Shown: piece after piece, positions 17,885-26,452 of the stretch
Numbering within the stretch: the stretch's first letter is position 1
Layout of the letters: every line of letters begins with the position of its first letter
Assembly: GCA_035476635.1 (NCBI GenBank)
Contig: DATILI010000168.1
Location: 12,760 to 76,759, forward strand
Direction of reading: 5' to 3'
Source: Burkholderiaceae bacterium
GTDB lineage: Bacteria; Pseudomonadota; Gammaproteobacteria; Burkholderiales; Burkholderiaceae_C
DNA length: 64,000 nt
Made by a program: the position numbers and the translations under genes
The notes under the pieces: generated by a model
Databases searched by the model: none
What the model was told of the DNA's origin: nothing
Seen by the model: the letters and a program-made list of their open reading frames with translations, nothing else

Positions 17885-18826
17885 TCACACCCTGGCCTTG
17901 TGGCCGCCCTTGAGGAACACGCGGCGGCCGGTGTCGTGCCAGACAGCGCACTGCTCCGCTGGCGTCAGCAGCGTGGACGCGTCGAGCATGCGCTGCACCA
18001 TGTCCTTGTAGGTGCCCGAGGAGGTGCCGATGTCGGAGCCCCACATCACGTGGTCGGCGCCGAACAGGTCGACCGCGCGGCGCAGCACCTTGTCGGCCGG
18101 GATGCCGCCTTCGCGGCAGATGTCCAGGTTGATCGAGGTGAACTTGAAGAAAATGCGGTCGCGGCCGGCCAGCTGCTCGTAGCGCTCGTCCAGGCCGAAG
18201 TGCTCGCCCTCGTCCATCTCGGGCTCGAGCAGGTGGTCCAACACGATGAGGGTGTCGGGGAAACGCTCCGACAACTCGAGAATCGCCGGGATCGAGGGCC
18301 CGCCGCCGCCTTGCGACAGCACTTCGAGGTCCATCACGATCCCGGATTCGTTGACGGCTTCCCAGCTCTTGAGCGCGGCCGGTGAGTTGAGCCAGGGCAT
18401 GCTGCCGTCTGGCTTGCGGCCGCCGAACAGGCGCAGGCCTGTGAGGCCATGGTCCTTGACCATCCGGCGCACGAGGTCGGGCGTGCCGGGGTCCTCGGCG
18501 TCGAGGATCACCACCGCGCAGAAGATCTCCGGATGCGCGTTGGACGAGTCGAGGATGTAGCTGTTGTCGTAGCGGTAGATCATCCGCTTCTGCACAGCGA
18601 CGGCGCCATCGACGTTTTCCTCCTGCATCCAGCACAGCATGCGCGAGGTGTCAGGCACTTCGTGGACGGGATGGGGGCCGTGATGGCCGCCGGGGCGGCC
18701 GATCACGCCGGGCGCGCGATAAGGCGCATCGGCGGCACGCTGCATCGGGTTGCGCGGGTAACGTGCCTGGTCGTCAGCGACCAGGTGGGCGTGCGAATCG
18801 AACAGGAGGGGGCGGGTGGTCGTCAT
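17885..18826 (-). CDS. Amidohydrolase-2 (ACMSD/LigJ-type metal-dependent hydrolase/decarboxylase) family protein
   Basis: LLFDSHAHLV is the HxH metal site. A C-terminal ..HVMWGSDIG.. acidic site and the TIM-barrel length (313 aa) also fit. Confidence 0.85.
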   Translation of the reverse strand: MTTTRPLLFDSHAHLVADDQARYPRNPMQRAADAPYRAPGVIGRPGGHHGPHPVHEVPDTSRMLCWMQEENVDGAVAVQKRMIYRYDNSYILDSSNAHPEIFCAVVILDAEDPGTPDLVRRMVKDHGLTGLRLFGGRKPDGSMPWLNSPAALKSWEAVNESGIVMDLEVLSQGGGGPSIPAILELSERFPDTLIVLDHLLEPEMDEGEHFGLDERYEQLAGRDRIFFKFTSINLDICREGGIPADKVLRRAVDLFGADHVMWGSDIGTSSGTYKDMVQRMLDASTLLTPAEQCAVWHDTGRRVFLKGGHKARV

Positions 18827-18833
18827 GTGGTCT

Positions 18834-19793
18834 TCAGTCCAGGGTGATGCGGGCGTAATCGATGACCTTCTTCCACTTGGCGCTGTCGGTGGTCATCAAC
18901 AGCGTCAGTTGTTGGGGTGTGCCCCCCATGGGGGTGGCGCCGAACTGCGCCAGCTTGTTCCGCGCTTCCGGCGTGGCGAGGATGGCGTTGATTTCCTTGT
19001 TCAGGCGGTCCACGACGGGTGCGGGGATGCCGGCGGGGCCGACGATGGCGAACCACACCGTGGCTTCCGCGGCGATGCCCTGTTCAACAGCCGTCGGCAT
19101 CTCGGGCAGGCCGGCAAAACGCTGGCGCGATGTGACGGCCAGGCCCTTGAGCTTGCCGGACTGAATCTGCGGGACCAGCGAGGTGATGGGCATCACCACC
19201 GCATCGACGCTGCCGCCCACGGTGTCGGTGATCGCCGGCGTGTCGCCCTTGTACGGCACGCTCAGCGCATGGACCTTGGCCTGCGTCTTGATCAGTTCGG
19301 CGGTGAGGTGGCCGATGGTGCCGTTGCCCGGATTGGCGATGGACAGCTTGCCGGGCTTGCTGCGCGCCTGCTCGAGGAACTCCTTCAGATTGTTCACCTT
19401 GAGGCCCGGATTGGCCGCGATGCCCATCGGGATCTCGCCGACGGCGACGATTGGCGTCAGGTCCTTCAGGGGGTCGAAGGGCATGCTCTTGTAGAGGAAT
19501 TTGTTGTTTGCGAGCGGACCCGAGGTGGACAGCGCGATGGTGTGGCCGTCCGGCTGGGCTTTGGCGGCCAGGTCGGTGCCGAGGTTGCCGCCGGCGCCGG
19601 CCTTGTTGTCCACCACCACCTGTTGGCCCAGCTTCTCCGACAACCGCTGCGCGATGAGGCGCGCGACCGCGTCGGTGCTGCCGCCGGCGGGGAAGGGAAC
19701 GATCATGGTGATGGGTTTGGCGGGCCAGTCGGCAGCGAAGGCGGGCAGCGCGGTGGCGAGGGCGAACGCGGCGAGGGCAATGCGTCTTTTCAT
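18834..19793 (-). CDS. Bug/TctC-family periplasmic substrate-binding protein
   Basis: Start at MKRRIALAAFALATALPAFA (signal peptide), then DWPAKPITMIVPFPAGGSTDAVAR and VDNKAGAGGNLG. Confidence 0.9.
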   Translation of the reverse strand: MKRRIALAAFALATALPAFAADWPAKPITMIVPFPAGGSTDAVARLIAQRLSEKLGQQVVVDNKAGAGGNLGTDLAAKAQPDGHTIALSTSGPLANNKFLYKSMPFDPLKDLTPIVAVGEIPMGIAANPGLKVNNLKEFLEQARSKPGKLSIANPGNGTIGHLTAELIKTQAKVHALSVPYKGDTPAITDTVGGSVDAVVMPITSLVPQIQSGKLKGLAVTSRQRFAGLPEMPTAVEQGIAAEATVWFAIVGPAGIPAPVVDRLNKEINAILATPEARNKLAQFGATPMGGTPQQLTLLMTTDSAKWKKVIDYARITLD

Positions 19794-19882
19794 GAGGCGG
19801 GTCTCCTTGGGATGCCCGCATGATGGGCGCCGGCCGCCCCGCAGCCAAGCCAAAATTCCCAACTTTCCGTGACGCGGAAAGT

Positions 19883-20662
19883 TCAGGCGCGAGCGGCGAG
19901 CGCCTTCAGCGCCTTCGAAATTTGCACCGAAGCCTGCTGCAACGGAGGCAGGAACAGCGCCACAGCCTGGTCCACCGTCAGCGCGGAGCTGAACCATGTG
20001 AGGCCGATGGTCGCCACCACGCGCTGGCTTTCGAAGATCGGCACGGCGATGGTGGACGACTCGGGCCGCACACGAGGGTCGCGCAGCGCGTAGCCGCGCG
20101 CACGCACTTCGGCCAGCATGGAACGCATGGCGGCTTCATCGGTCGCGAGCCGTTCCCCCTCCGGCGCAGAACGCGCGAGCAGTTCGATGAGCGCGTCCTG
20201 CGCAGCCGGCTCGCAGAAGGCCAGGTAGGCGCGGCCGAGTGCCTGCCTCAGCAGGCTCAGGCGCATGTTGATCGTCGAATGGAAGAAGGAGAGTGGTGAC
20301 TGCGGGATCGTGCTGTAGCGCACGACCATCGCGTCGCCATCCGGCACGGCCACCGAGACCGGCCACTTGAGGTCGCGCGTGAGCGCGTCGGCAACAGCCA
20401 CCGAGGCCTCCATGATGCGCGGCTCGCTGTGATAGCCGCTGGCCAGCGCGGTGACTTCCGACGTGAGGTAGTAGGCACCGTATTGCGGCGCGTGCCGCAC
20501 CAGCCCCTCGGCCTCCAGCGTCCGCAGAAGGCGCACGATCGTGGGTTTGGGAAGCGCGGTCTGCTTATGGATCGCGTCGAGCGTGGAGACGGGCTGGCGG
20601 TTCAGGGCCCTCAGGATCTGAAGCGCCCGGACCACGACGTTGACGGGGCGCTGTGCGGCCAT
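19883..20662 (-). CDS. IclR-family transcriptional regulator
   Basis: Start at MAAQRPVNVVVRALQILRAL..LDAIHKQTALPKPTIVRLLRTLEAEGLV (IclR wHTH), followed by a C-terminal effector domain. Confidence 0.9.
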   Translation of the reverse strand: MAAQRPVNVVVRALQILRALNRQPVSTLDAIHKQTALPKPTIVRLLRTLEAEGLVRHAPQYGAYYLTSEVTALASGYHSEPRIMEASVAVADALTRDLKWPVSVAVPDGDAMVVRYSTIPQSPLSFFHSTINMRLSLLRQALGRAYLAFCEPAAQDALIELLARSAPEGERLATDEAAMRSMLAEVRARGYALRDPRVRPESSTIAVPIFESQRVVATIGLTWFSSALTVDQAVALFLPPLQQASVQISKALKALAARA

Positions 20663-20869
20663 GGAACTCCGGGAGCCGAGGGATGTCGCCGCAGTGTATC
20701 CCAGCGGTTCGGGCGGCCGTCGGCCTGAGCCGGCAGCTGAGATGGCGACCAATTGGTTGGCGTACGCCCTGCGCTTCCATGCCGCGCCCGATGAATTCGC
20801 CGCGCTCCGTCACAAGGTAGTGAGGAGGGCAAGCGTATCTTCGCCGTCGCCAACCGCTACTACGCCGAC

Positions 20870-21176
20870 ATGGTGGCCGGCGGAGCCGATTTCGCCTGGG
20901 AGTCCGCCGAACATCTGGTCGAGGTGGACCAGAGCCGTTATCACCAGGTGCTGACGGGCGAGCAACGCCTGGCGCTGATCGACGAGGACGGCGTGACCGC
21001 GGAGTTGTTGATCGACGGTTTCGGCCCGGTCACCTCGGACCCGCTCCTGAAGAATGAAGTGACGCTGGCTTTCTGCCGTTGGTTCAAGGACTACACGTCA
21101 CCCGCGCCCTACCGGTACACAGGCGCGGTGGCAGCGAGCCTGGCCGCCGGCATAAAGGTGGTGGTGCGCCAGATCG
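20870..21176 (+). pseudogene. Amidohydrolase-2 family remnant (N-terminal third only)
   Basis: ..EQRLALIDEDGVTAELLIDGFGP..NEVTLAFCRWFKDYTSPAPYRYTG.. matches the region after the metal HxH of amidohydrolase-2 proteins. It ends abruptly where an opposite-strand remnant begins. Confidence 0.45.
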
Positions 21177-21329
21177 ATGGATGCACGCGCGCTTATTGTT
21201 CATCAGGTCAAACCTTGCGAGCACGAAGGTACCTGTACAGATGCCCAGGATCGGCGTGCCCGCAGCATCGACGCGGCGCAGGAACTCCACGTAGCGCCGG
21301 TCTGCTTCGCCGACTATGTCATCGCCCTT
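21177..21329 (-). pseudogene. DJ-1/PfpI (GlxA-type amidotransferase-like) domain remnant
   Basis: ..GDDIVGEADRRYVEFLRRVDAAGTPILGICTGTFVLARFDLMNNKRACIH matches the nucleophile-elbow region of DJ-1/PfpI domains. There is no N-terminus and no continuation after ..CIH. Confidence 0.5.
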
Positions 21330-21520
21330 CGCACCAGCGCAACCCGCGCCTGCATGAGCTTGCCGGTGGCGCGGAAGATACTGCGGTAGATTCCGATGCC
21401 GACAATGCTCTCGCCGCCGTCAACCAAGCTTTCCAGTTCGAAACGGTAGCTGTCCCACTGCGCATGGCGCTCACAGCGCGCACCCGTCGGGGTCGCAGAC
21501 GAAGAACGCCTCGGCCGAGC
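21330..21520 (-). pseudogene. SnoaL-like (NTF2 fold) remnant, paralogous to the intact gene at 26453..26842
   Basis: ..WDSYRFELESLVDGGESIVGIGIYRSIFRATGKLMQARVALV aligns with WIGYRFELQNLIDGGDQVVGVGTYHGTCRATGKEMQARVAHV of 26453..26842. The upstream part is frame-broken. Confidence 0.45.
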
Positions 21521-21685
21521 TTGTTGCGGCGGGGCGGGGCCTCCAGCCAGCTGCGCGAGGGCTGACGCCACTCCCCGGACAAACCCCAGGCTGCACCAGA
21601 AAAGCGCAAGCCGTGCAGTTTTTTCCAAACGCCCGCAGGCCCTTGCACGAAGAATCGGGACTTCGCACACCCCAGGAGCGTCCCA

Positions 21686-22666
21686 TTGAACCCTTCCATG
21701 CACCGCCGCGCCATTTTGGCCCTGGCAGCACTGTCCGCATTGGGCGCGCGCGCCCAGGCCTTTCCTTCCAAACCCTTGACCCTGGTGGTGCCGTACCCGG
21801 CAGGGGGACCGGCAGATGTCACAGCACGGCAGATGCTGCCCAGCCTGCGCAAGTCGCTTGGCCAGCCTGTGATCGTGGACAACACCGCCGGCGTGAGCGG
21901 CGCCCTAGGGATCCAGAAAGTGCTCAACGCGCCCGCCGACGGCCATCAGTTCCTGATGGGCACGCCCAGCGACGTGATCCTGGCGCCGCTGGCGCTGGCC
22001 GCCGTAAAGCACAAGCCGGAGCAGATGCGCCTGCTGGGCCTGGCCTCGCGCGCTCCACTGGTGCTGGTCAGCGGCATGCAGTTGCCCGCGCACAAGCTCG
22101 AAGACTTGCTGGCCGAAGCCCGCAAGCCGGGTGCCAGGGAATACAGCTATGGCAGCATCGGCCCCGGGTCGCTTTACCACCTGGTGGGCGAGGACTTCGC
22201 CGCGCGGATGAAGCTGCGCATGCTCCACGTTCCCTACAAGGGCATGGCGCCGCTGTTGCAGGACGTGATCGGCGGGCTCGTCGATGTGGCTTTCCTGCCT
22301 TCTGCCGGCAACCTGGCTGACCTGATTTCTACCGGCAAGCTGCGCGCCTACGCCGTAACCGACGGCCAGCGGCTGGCGCGCTTGCCCGAGGTGCCAACGA
22401 TGGCCCAGGCGATCGGCCTGAAAGAGTTCGAGTACGAGATCTGGGGTGGGCTGTTCGTGCCACGCACCGTGCCCGCCGACCTCGCGCAGCGTCTCAGCGC
22501 CGCCGTGAAGGAGGCGCAGCAGGACCCCGAGTTCCGAAAGCAGATTGAAGGCAGCGGCGCAGCGCCCGGCAACCCGATGAGCCTGGCGGATGCCGAGCGC
22601 TTCTTCACGGACCAGACCGCACGCTACCGGCTCCTGGCGCAGGCCGTCAAGCTCGAACCGCAGTAA
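21686..22666 (+). CDS. Bug/TctC-family periplasmic substrate-binding protein
   Basis: [25 protein letters not shown] is a signal peptide, followed by [20 protein letters not shown] and [12 protein letters not shown]. Confidence 0.9.
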   Translation: MNPSMHRRAILALAALSALGARAQAFPSKPLTLVVPYPAGGPADVTARQMLPSLRKSLGQPVIVDNTAGVSGALGIQKVLNAPADGHQFLMGTPSDVILAPLALAAVKHKPEQMRLLGLASRAPLVLVSGMQLPAHKLEDLLAEARKPGAREYSYGSIGPGSLYHLVGEDFAARMKLRMLHVPYKGMAPLLQDVIGGLVDVAFLPSAGNLADLISTGKLRAYAVTDGQRLARLPEVPTMAQAIGLKEFEYEIWGGLFVPRTVPADLAQRLSAAVKEAQQDPEFRKQIEGSGAAPGNPMSLADAERFFTDQTARYRLLAQAVKLEPQ

Positions 22667-22688
22667 CCGCAATCCATCTCCCGAACCC

Positions 22689-22829
22689 ATGCAAGACACC
22701 GTCATCATCACTTGCGCCCTCACAGGTGCCGGCCCGCTGTCCAGGAATCCGGCCCACCCGGTCACGCCGCGCCAGATCGCCGAATCAGGGCTGGCTGCGG
22801 CCGAGGCCGGCGCGGCCGTCCTGCACCTT
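22689..22829 (+). pseudogene. 3-keto-5-aminohexanoate cleavage enzyme (BKACE/DUF849) 5' fragment
   Basis: [47 protein letters not shown] matches the BKACE N-terminus. Similarity stops after LHL, followed by an Arg-rich tail and a stop at 22880. Confidence 0.55.
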
Positions 22830-22884
22830 CGATTGCCAGCCCGGCGCAGGCGCGCCAGATCCTCGGTCTCAGCAATGTGACGGC

Positions 22885-22977
22885 ATCCGGTCAGTGAGCA
22901 ACCGCGCCGCCTGCATCGCCATCGCCAAATCGCTGGGGATGTCGCTGTCCAATGAAAGTGCGTGGCGCCTCGCTTGA
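22885..22977 (+). pseudogene. Short LysR-type HTH fragment (diverged partial duplicate of 23090-23210)
   Basis: ..NRAACIAIAKSLGMSLSNESAWRL parallels ..LSQAAKGANMSMSNASQRLTNLE of the next fragment. The nucleotide strings gccaaa..atgtcg.tgtccaatg are alignable. Confidence 0.3.
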
Positions 22978-23029
22978 CAAGGATCCAAATTTCGTGGACA
23001 GCAAAGCTCTCGCTCACGTCCTCACCAGC

Positions 23030-23368
23030 ATGGACAGATCGAACCATTCCGATAGGCCACTACCTTGCAGGAATTTGGCGAGGTTCGACCTCGTCTCCAT
23101 TCGGCTGGTCGTTCTTTGCGCTGAACGGGGAAGCCTTTCCCAAGCGGCCAAAGGTGCGAACATGTCGATGTCCAATGCGAGCCAGCGATTGACCAACCTT
23201 GAGCTGAGCTTTGGCATGCAGCTCTTTTTGCGCGATCACCGCGGCATGCACCCGACGGAAGCTGGCTCGGTATTTGTTGGGTATGGTCGAGCGATCTTGC
23301 AAACGATCGATCAACTTGGCACTCGACTCGCATCGTTAAACCTCAGGAACGCCGGCAGTACCCTATAG
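23030..23368 (+). pseudogene. LysR-family regulator, N-terminal DNA-binding domain only (truncated)
   Basis: FDLVSIRLVVLCAERGSLSQAAKGANMSMSNASQRLTNLELSFGMQLFLRDHRGMHPTEAG is a LysR wHTH. The ORF stops after about 112 aa with no effector domain. GC is lower than in the flanks. Confidence 0.6.
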
Positions 23369-23525
23369 CTTCATGGATCCTGTGAGTTTGTTGCGTTTAA
23401 CGCAAAGGGGTTTAAGGATTCCGAATACCTATATACCCCGTATGCATCGTTGGTGCTTCGCGGTTAACTTCGCCTTCGCTGATATTCAGCGTCACCAATC
23501 GTATAACCCCAGAGAACACTACTTA

Positions 23526-24581
23526 ATGAAGAAGTCAATCATCGCAATGGCCGTAATGGTCGCAGCCGGCACTGCCTCTGCCCAATCTTCCGTCACGCTC
23601 TTTGGCGTGGTCGATGCGACCCTCCAGCTCGGTCGTGGCACCCTGTCCGACAAGACCCAGTTGGGCAACTCCGGCAACGCTAGCTCGCGCTTGGGCTTCC
23701 GCGGCACCGAAGACCTGGGGGGCGGCATGGCGGCTTCGTTCTGGCTGGAAGCCGACGTGAATCCCGACAACGGCACCGGCGTTACGACCAACACCAACAA
23801 CCAGGCTTCTGGCACTGCAGTAGCAGCCGCTGGGACTCAAGGCCTGACCTTCAACCGCCGTTCCACGGTGAGCCTGTCTGGCGGCTGGGGTGAATTGCGC
23901 CTGGGCCGCGACTACGCTCCGAATTTCCTGAATCTGGTCATGTTCGATCCATTCGGCCTGCGGGGTGTGGGCGCCAGTCTGACGCTGCAACCAGGGTTCA
24001 CTGGCCTGACCACCGTCCGCGCGTCCAACAGCATCGGCTACAACCTGCCGGGAAACCTGGGCGGCTTCTACGGTCAAGCCCAGATGTACCTGGGTGAGAA
24101 CAACACCGGTCCCGCAACGGAAGACGACGGCAAAGGCTACGGCGTGCGCGTTGGTTTCGCCAGCGGCCCTTTCAATGTGGCCCTGGCCACGAATCGCACC
24201 GAATACGCAGCCGGCGACAATCGTCAGAGCAGCATTGCTGGACACTGGGACTTCGGCTTCGCCAAGGCCATGGGTCAGTTCACCCGAGACCGCGTCGGTG
24301 CAACCGACGGCAGGGGCTGGCTGATCGGCGGCCAGTTCCCGATGGGCGTCGGGGAAATCCGCGCTTCGTATTCGGCTTACGAAACCACTGCTGTCGGCAC
24401 GCCGGAAACCAAGAAGTTGGCTCTGGGCTACGTGCACAACCTCTCCAAGCGCACGGCCTTGTACACCACCTGGGCTCGCGCGAAGAACAGCGGCGGCGCG
24501 GCTGTCGCACTGAACGGTTCCACCACGGGCGCAAACACCTCGTCCAGCGGCCTGGACATCGGACTGCGTCACAACTTCTGA
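23526..24581 (+). CDS. Outer-membrane porin (Gram-negative general porin, OmpC/Omp32-like)
   Basis: MKKSIIAMAVMVAAGTASAQSSVTLFGVVDATLQ.. is a signal peptide plus first strand. Also SRLGFRGTEDLGGG and C-terminal ..GLDIGLRHNF with a terminal Phe. Confidence 0.9.
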   Translation: MKKSIIAMAVMVAAGTASAQSSVTLFGVVDATLQLGRGTLSDKTQLGNSGNASSRLGFRGTEDLGGGMAASFWLEADVNPDNGTGVTTNTNNQASGTAVAAAGTQGLTFNRRSTVSLSGGWGELRLGRDYAPNFLNLVMFDPFGLRGVGASLTLQPGFTGLTTVRASNSIGYNLPGNLGGFYGQAQMYLGENNTGPATEDDGKGYGVRVGFASGPFNVALATNRTEYAAGDNRQSSIAGHWDFGFAKAMGQFTRDRVGATDGRGWLIGGQFPMGVGEIRASYSAYETTAVGTPETKKLALGYVHNLSKRTALYTTWARAKNSGGAAVALNGSTTGANTSSSGLDIGLRHNF

Positions 24582-24713
24582 TGACAGGGGCCGTTTTATC
24601 CTGCGCCATCAAGCGCGCCGGTTGGGTAAAGCGGCCTACGTGATTCCTATTCCTGCGCCCCAAGGACGCAGGTTGACCGGAATGAATTGCAAGTTTCTCC
24701 GCCGGTCTTTACA

Positions 24714-24744
24714 CCCCGAATGGTTTACCTCTCGGGGCTTTTTT
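24714..24744 (+). terminator. Rho-independent terminator candidate
   Basis: ccccga-N12-tcgggg stem followed by cttttttc, read directly. It sits about 130 nt downstream of the porin stop. Confidence 0.5.
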
Positions 24745-24935
24745 CTATATTCTGACCACCCCTCGCCGTTCCGTAGACGCGGTGCGGCAGGTGGTAGCGG
24801 CTGCTTCGCTGCTGGATGTGATCGCCGCGGGTGTGGACCATCACCTCGGAGATCGCGGCCGATCGAGGCGTTGCTCTACCTTGAGGTTGGAGATCAGCAG
24901 TCTGTGCGATGGGTAATGCGCAGCCGCGCATCCCT

Positions 24936-25408
24936 TCAGAGCCCAAATACCTTTCGAAACTTCAGCACCAGCATATGGGTGGCCTTCACCTTCCGGTTGA
25001 CCCAGGACGCACGTACCACGCCGATGGGCGACGGATAGTGTGTGACGCCACTGTTTCGCCCCAGGGTTGCCTGTGTGGCGAGTACGGTGATGTCGCCTGG
25101 GATCAGTGTCTGCTGTTCGCTCGAGGTTTGGATCAAGCCGCCATCGGCCTGCAGTTCAATGAGTCTGGCTCGCACATGCTCGACTTCAGGCCGGGCGTCC
25201 GCAAACGACATGATGGCGCGCTCCGCGAATTCGGGCTGTACGAGGGTTTCGCGGGGGCGGCCATAGGCACTTCAAAATAATCGAGCGGATCGACCAAAGT
25301 CACCTTGGCCTTGCCAGCCAGCCTTTTCGCGAGTTGCGCACCACCCACACCGCCGCCGTAGATCACGACCCGCGCATCCATGTGATTGTGGTGGTTCTGA
25401 TTCACCAA
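24936..25408 (-). pseudogene. FAD-dependent pyridine nucleotide-disulfide oxidoreductase (AIF/FSP1-like), deleted and frameshifted copy of 47006..48142
   Basis: Two ORF pieces (25133..25408 and 24936..25211) align to the N- and C-termini of the intact 378-aa paralog. Two 1-nt insertions lie near 25245 and 25256. The central ~220 codons are missing, with a junction near 25066-25075. Confidence 0.8.
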
Positions 25409-25480
25409 AGTCTCCGTTCATGAGTAGCGAACAACTTTCTGTTGACCCCCATGCGACCGCCGCAGGCTACCGAAGCCCCC

Positions 25481-25900
25481 TCACTTGACCTTCTTGAGGC
25501 TGGATGAACCATTGAAGAACTGGCCATCTGGAAAGGTGATGTTGGCGTAGACGCGCCCTCCGGCAAAGTCCTGTACGTGCACCACCGTCGTCTTGTTGGC
25601 TTCCTGCCAATGCACCATGTACAGGCCGTCACGGAGTTCTTGCTTGGCGATGCGCACGGTCGAGACCGTACCCTTGCCTGGGTCCACCAGTTTCTTGAAC
25701 GTCATGTTCGAGTCGGCGCCGAAGGATATTTCGAAGGCGTTTCCGCCACCGAAATCGACTTCATAGGCACGGCCGGGGGCATGGAAGTCCGCCTTTGCGG
25801 CGGTCTGCGCCCAGGCGGGGCTCGACGCCAGGAAGACAGCAGCCAGCCCTAGGGTGGTGGCCGCAAGTGCCTTGAGTACGATCTTGGATTTGATGTTCAT
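25481..25900 (-). CDS. Small secreted beta-rich protein (possibly MoaF-like/lipocalin-like fold); function unknown
   Basis: Start at MNIKSKIVLKALAATTLGLAAVFLASSPAWA (Sec signal). The mature ~108 aa has alternating beta pattern ..YEVDFGGGNAFEISFG..LYMVHWQE..TVVHVQDF... The family call is tentative. Confidence 0.6.
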   Translation of the reverse strand: MNIKSKIVLKALAATTLGLAAVFLASSPAWAQTAAKADFHAPGRAYEVDFGGGNAFEISFGADSNMTFKKLVDPGKGTVSTVRIAKQELRDGLYMVHWQEANKTTVVHVQDFAGGRVYANITFPDGQFFNGSSSLKKVK

Positions 25901-25928
25901 GCGTGTTCCTTTGTGTAATCTTCTGACG

Positions 25929-26417
25929 CTAGGGGCGAAGGCCTTTTGCACCAGCATTCGCAACCGCACCGTCGTCCGACGGCATGCCACCACTGGCGCC
26001 AATGGCTCCGATGACCTGGTTGTCGACGATCAGCGGCACGCCCCCTTCGACCGGAAAGGCACCCGGCACCCCCAGCAGATTGATGCGGTTCTGATTCAGG
26101 ATCATGTCTTCGATTCCCTTGGTGGGAACCTTGATCCCGTTGGCGGCCTTGGCCTTTCCGATTGCCGCTTCGATGGTTCCTATGCCCGCTTGATTGGCGC
26201 GTTCCAGGTAGATCAGATTGCTCCCGGAATCGACCACCGCAATGGTCATTTCAAGGTTGCGCTTGCGCATTTCAGCCGCAGCTGCTTGCGCGGCCTTCTT
26301 GGCAAACTCGATCTTGATGGGCGCGCCGTAAGGCACGTTCTGGGCATAGCTCGGGGTCAGCACGCCAACCCATAGTACCGACAGGGCAAGAATGCCAGAC
26401 GACAAGCGCTTCATCAT
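25929..26417 (-). CDS. GlcG/HbpS-like (DUF336) heme-binding/heme-degrading family protein, secreted
   Basis: MMKRLSSGILALSVLWVGVLTPSYAQ is a signal peptide. ..TIAVVDSGSNLIYLERAN.. and ..GGVPLIVDNQVIGAIGASGG are the GlcG family core. Confidence 0.8.
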   Translation of the reverse strand: MMKRLSSGILALSVLWVGVLTPSYAQNVPYGAPIKIEFAKKAAQAAAAEMRKRNLEMTIAVVDSGSNLIYLERANQAGIGTIEAAIGKAKAANGIKVPTKGIEDMILNQNRINLLGVPGAFPVEGGVPLIVDNQVIGAIGASGGMPSDDGAVANAGAKGLRP

Positions 26418-26452
26418 TGCTTTGGGATCCTCGTTCGTAGACGTTCGACTTG

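Noticed and set aside
17853-17889. Alternative GTG start for the flavin reductase, overlapping the amidohydrolase stop (VTHAFTTVSAEG-MDTA..).
   Set aside because: It is possible, but the ATG at 17852 already gives the N-terminus typical of the family (..Y.L..G.V.PRP..). I kept the ATG and flag the uncertainty only here.
20640-20954. 104-aa plus-strand ORF (MATNWLAYALRFHAAPDEF..) upstream of the amidohydrolase remnant, considered as its missing N-terminus.
   Set aside because: There is no convincing HxH metal motif or family pattern. The frame differs from the remnant and overlaps the IclR start region. Support is too weak to annotate.
24652-24672. Hairpin cctgcg-N9-cgcagg downstream of the porin gene.
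   Set aside because: The stem is short (6 bp) and has no following T tract. The better terminator candidate is at 24714-24744.
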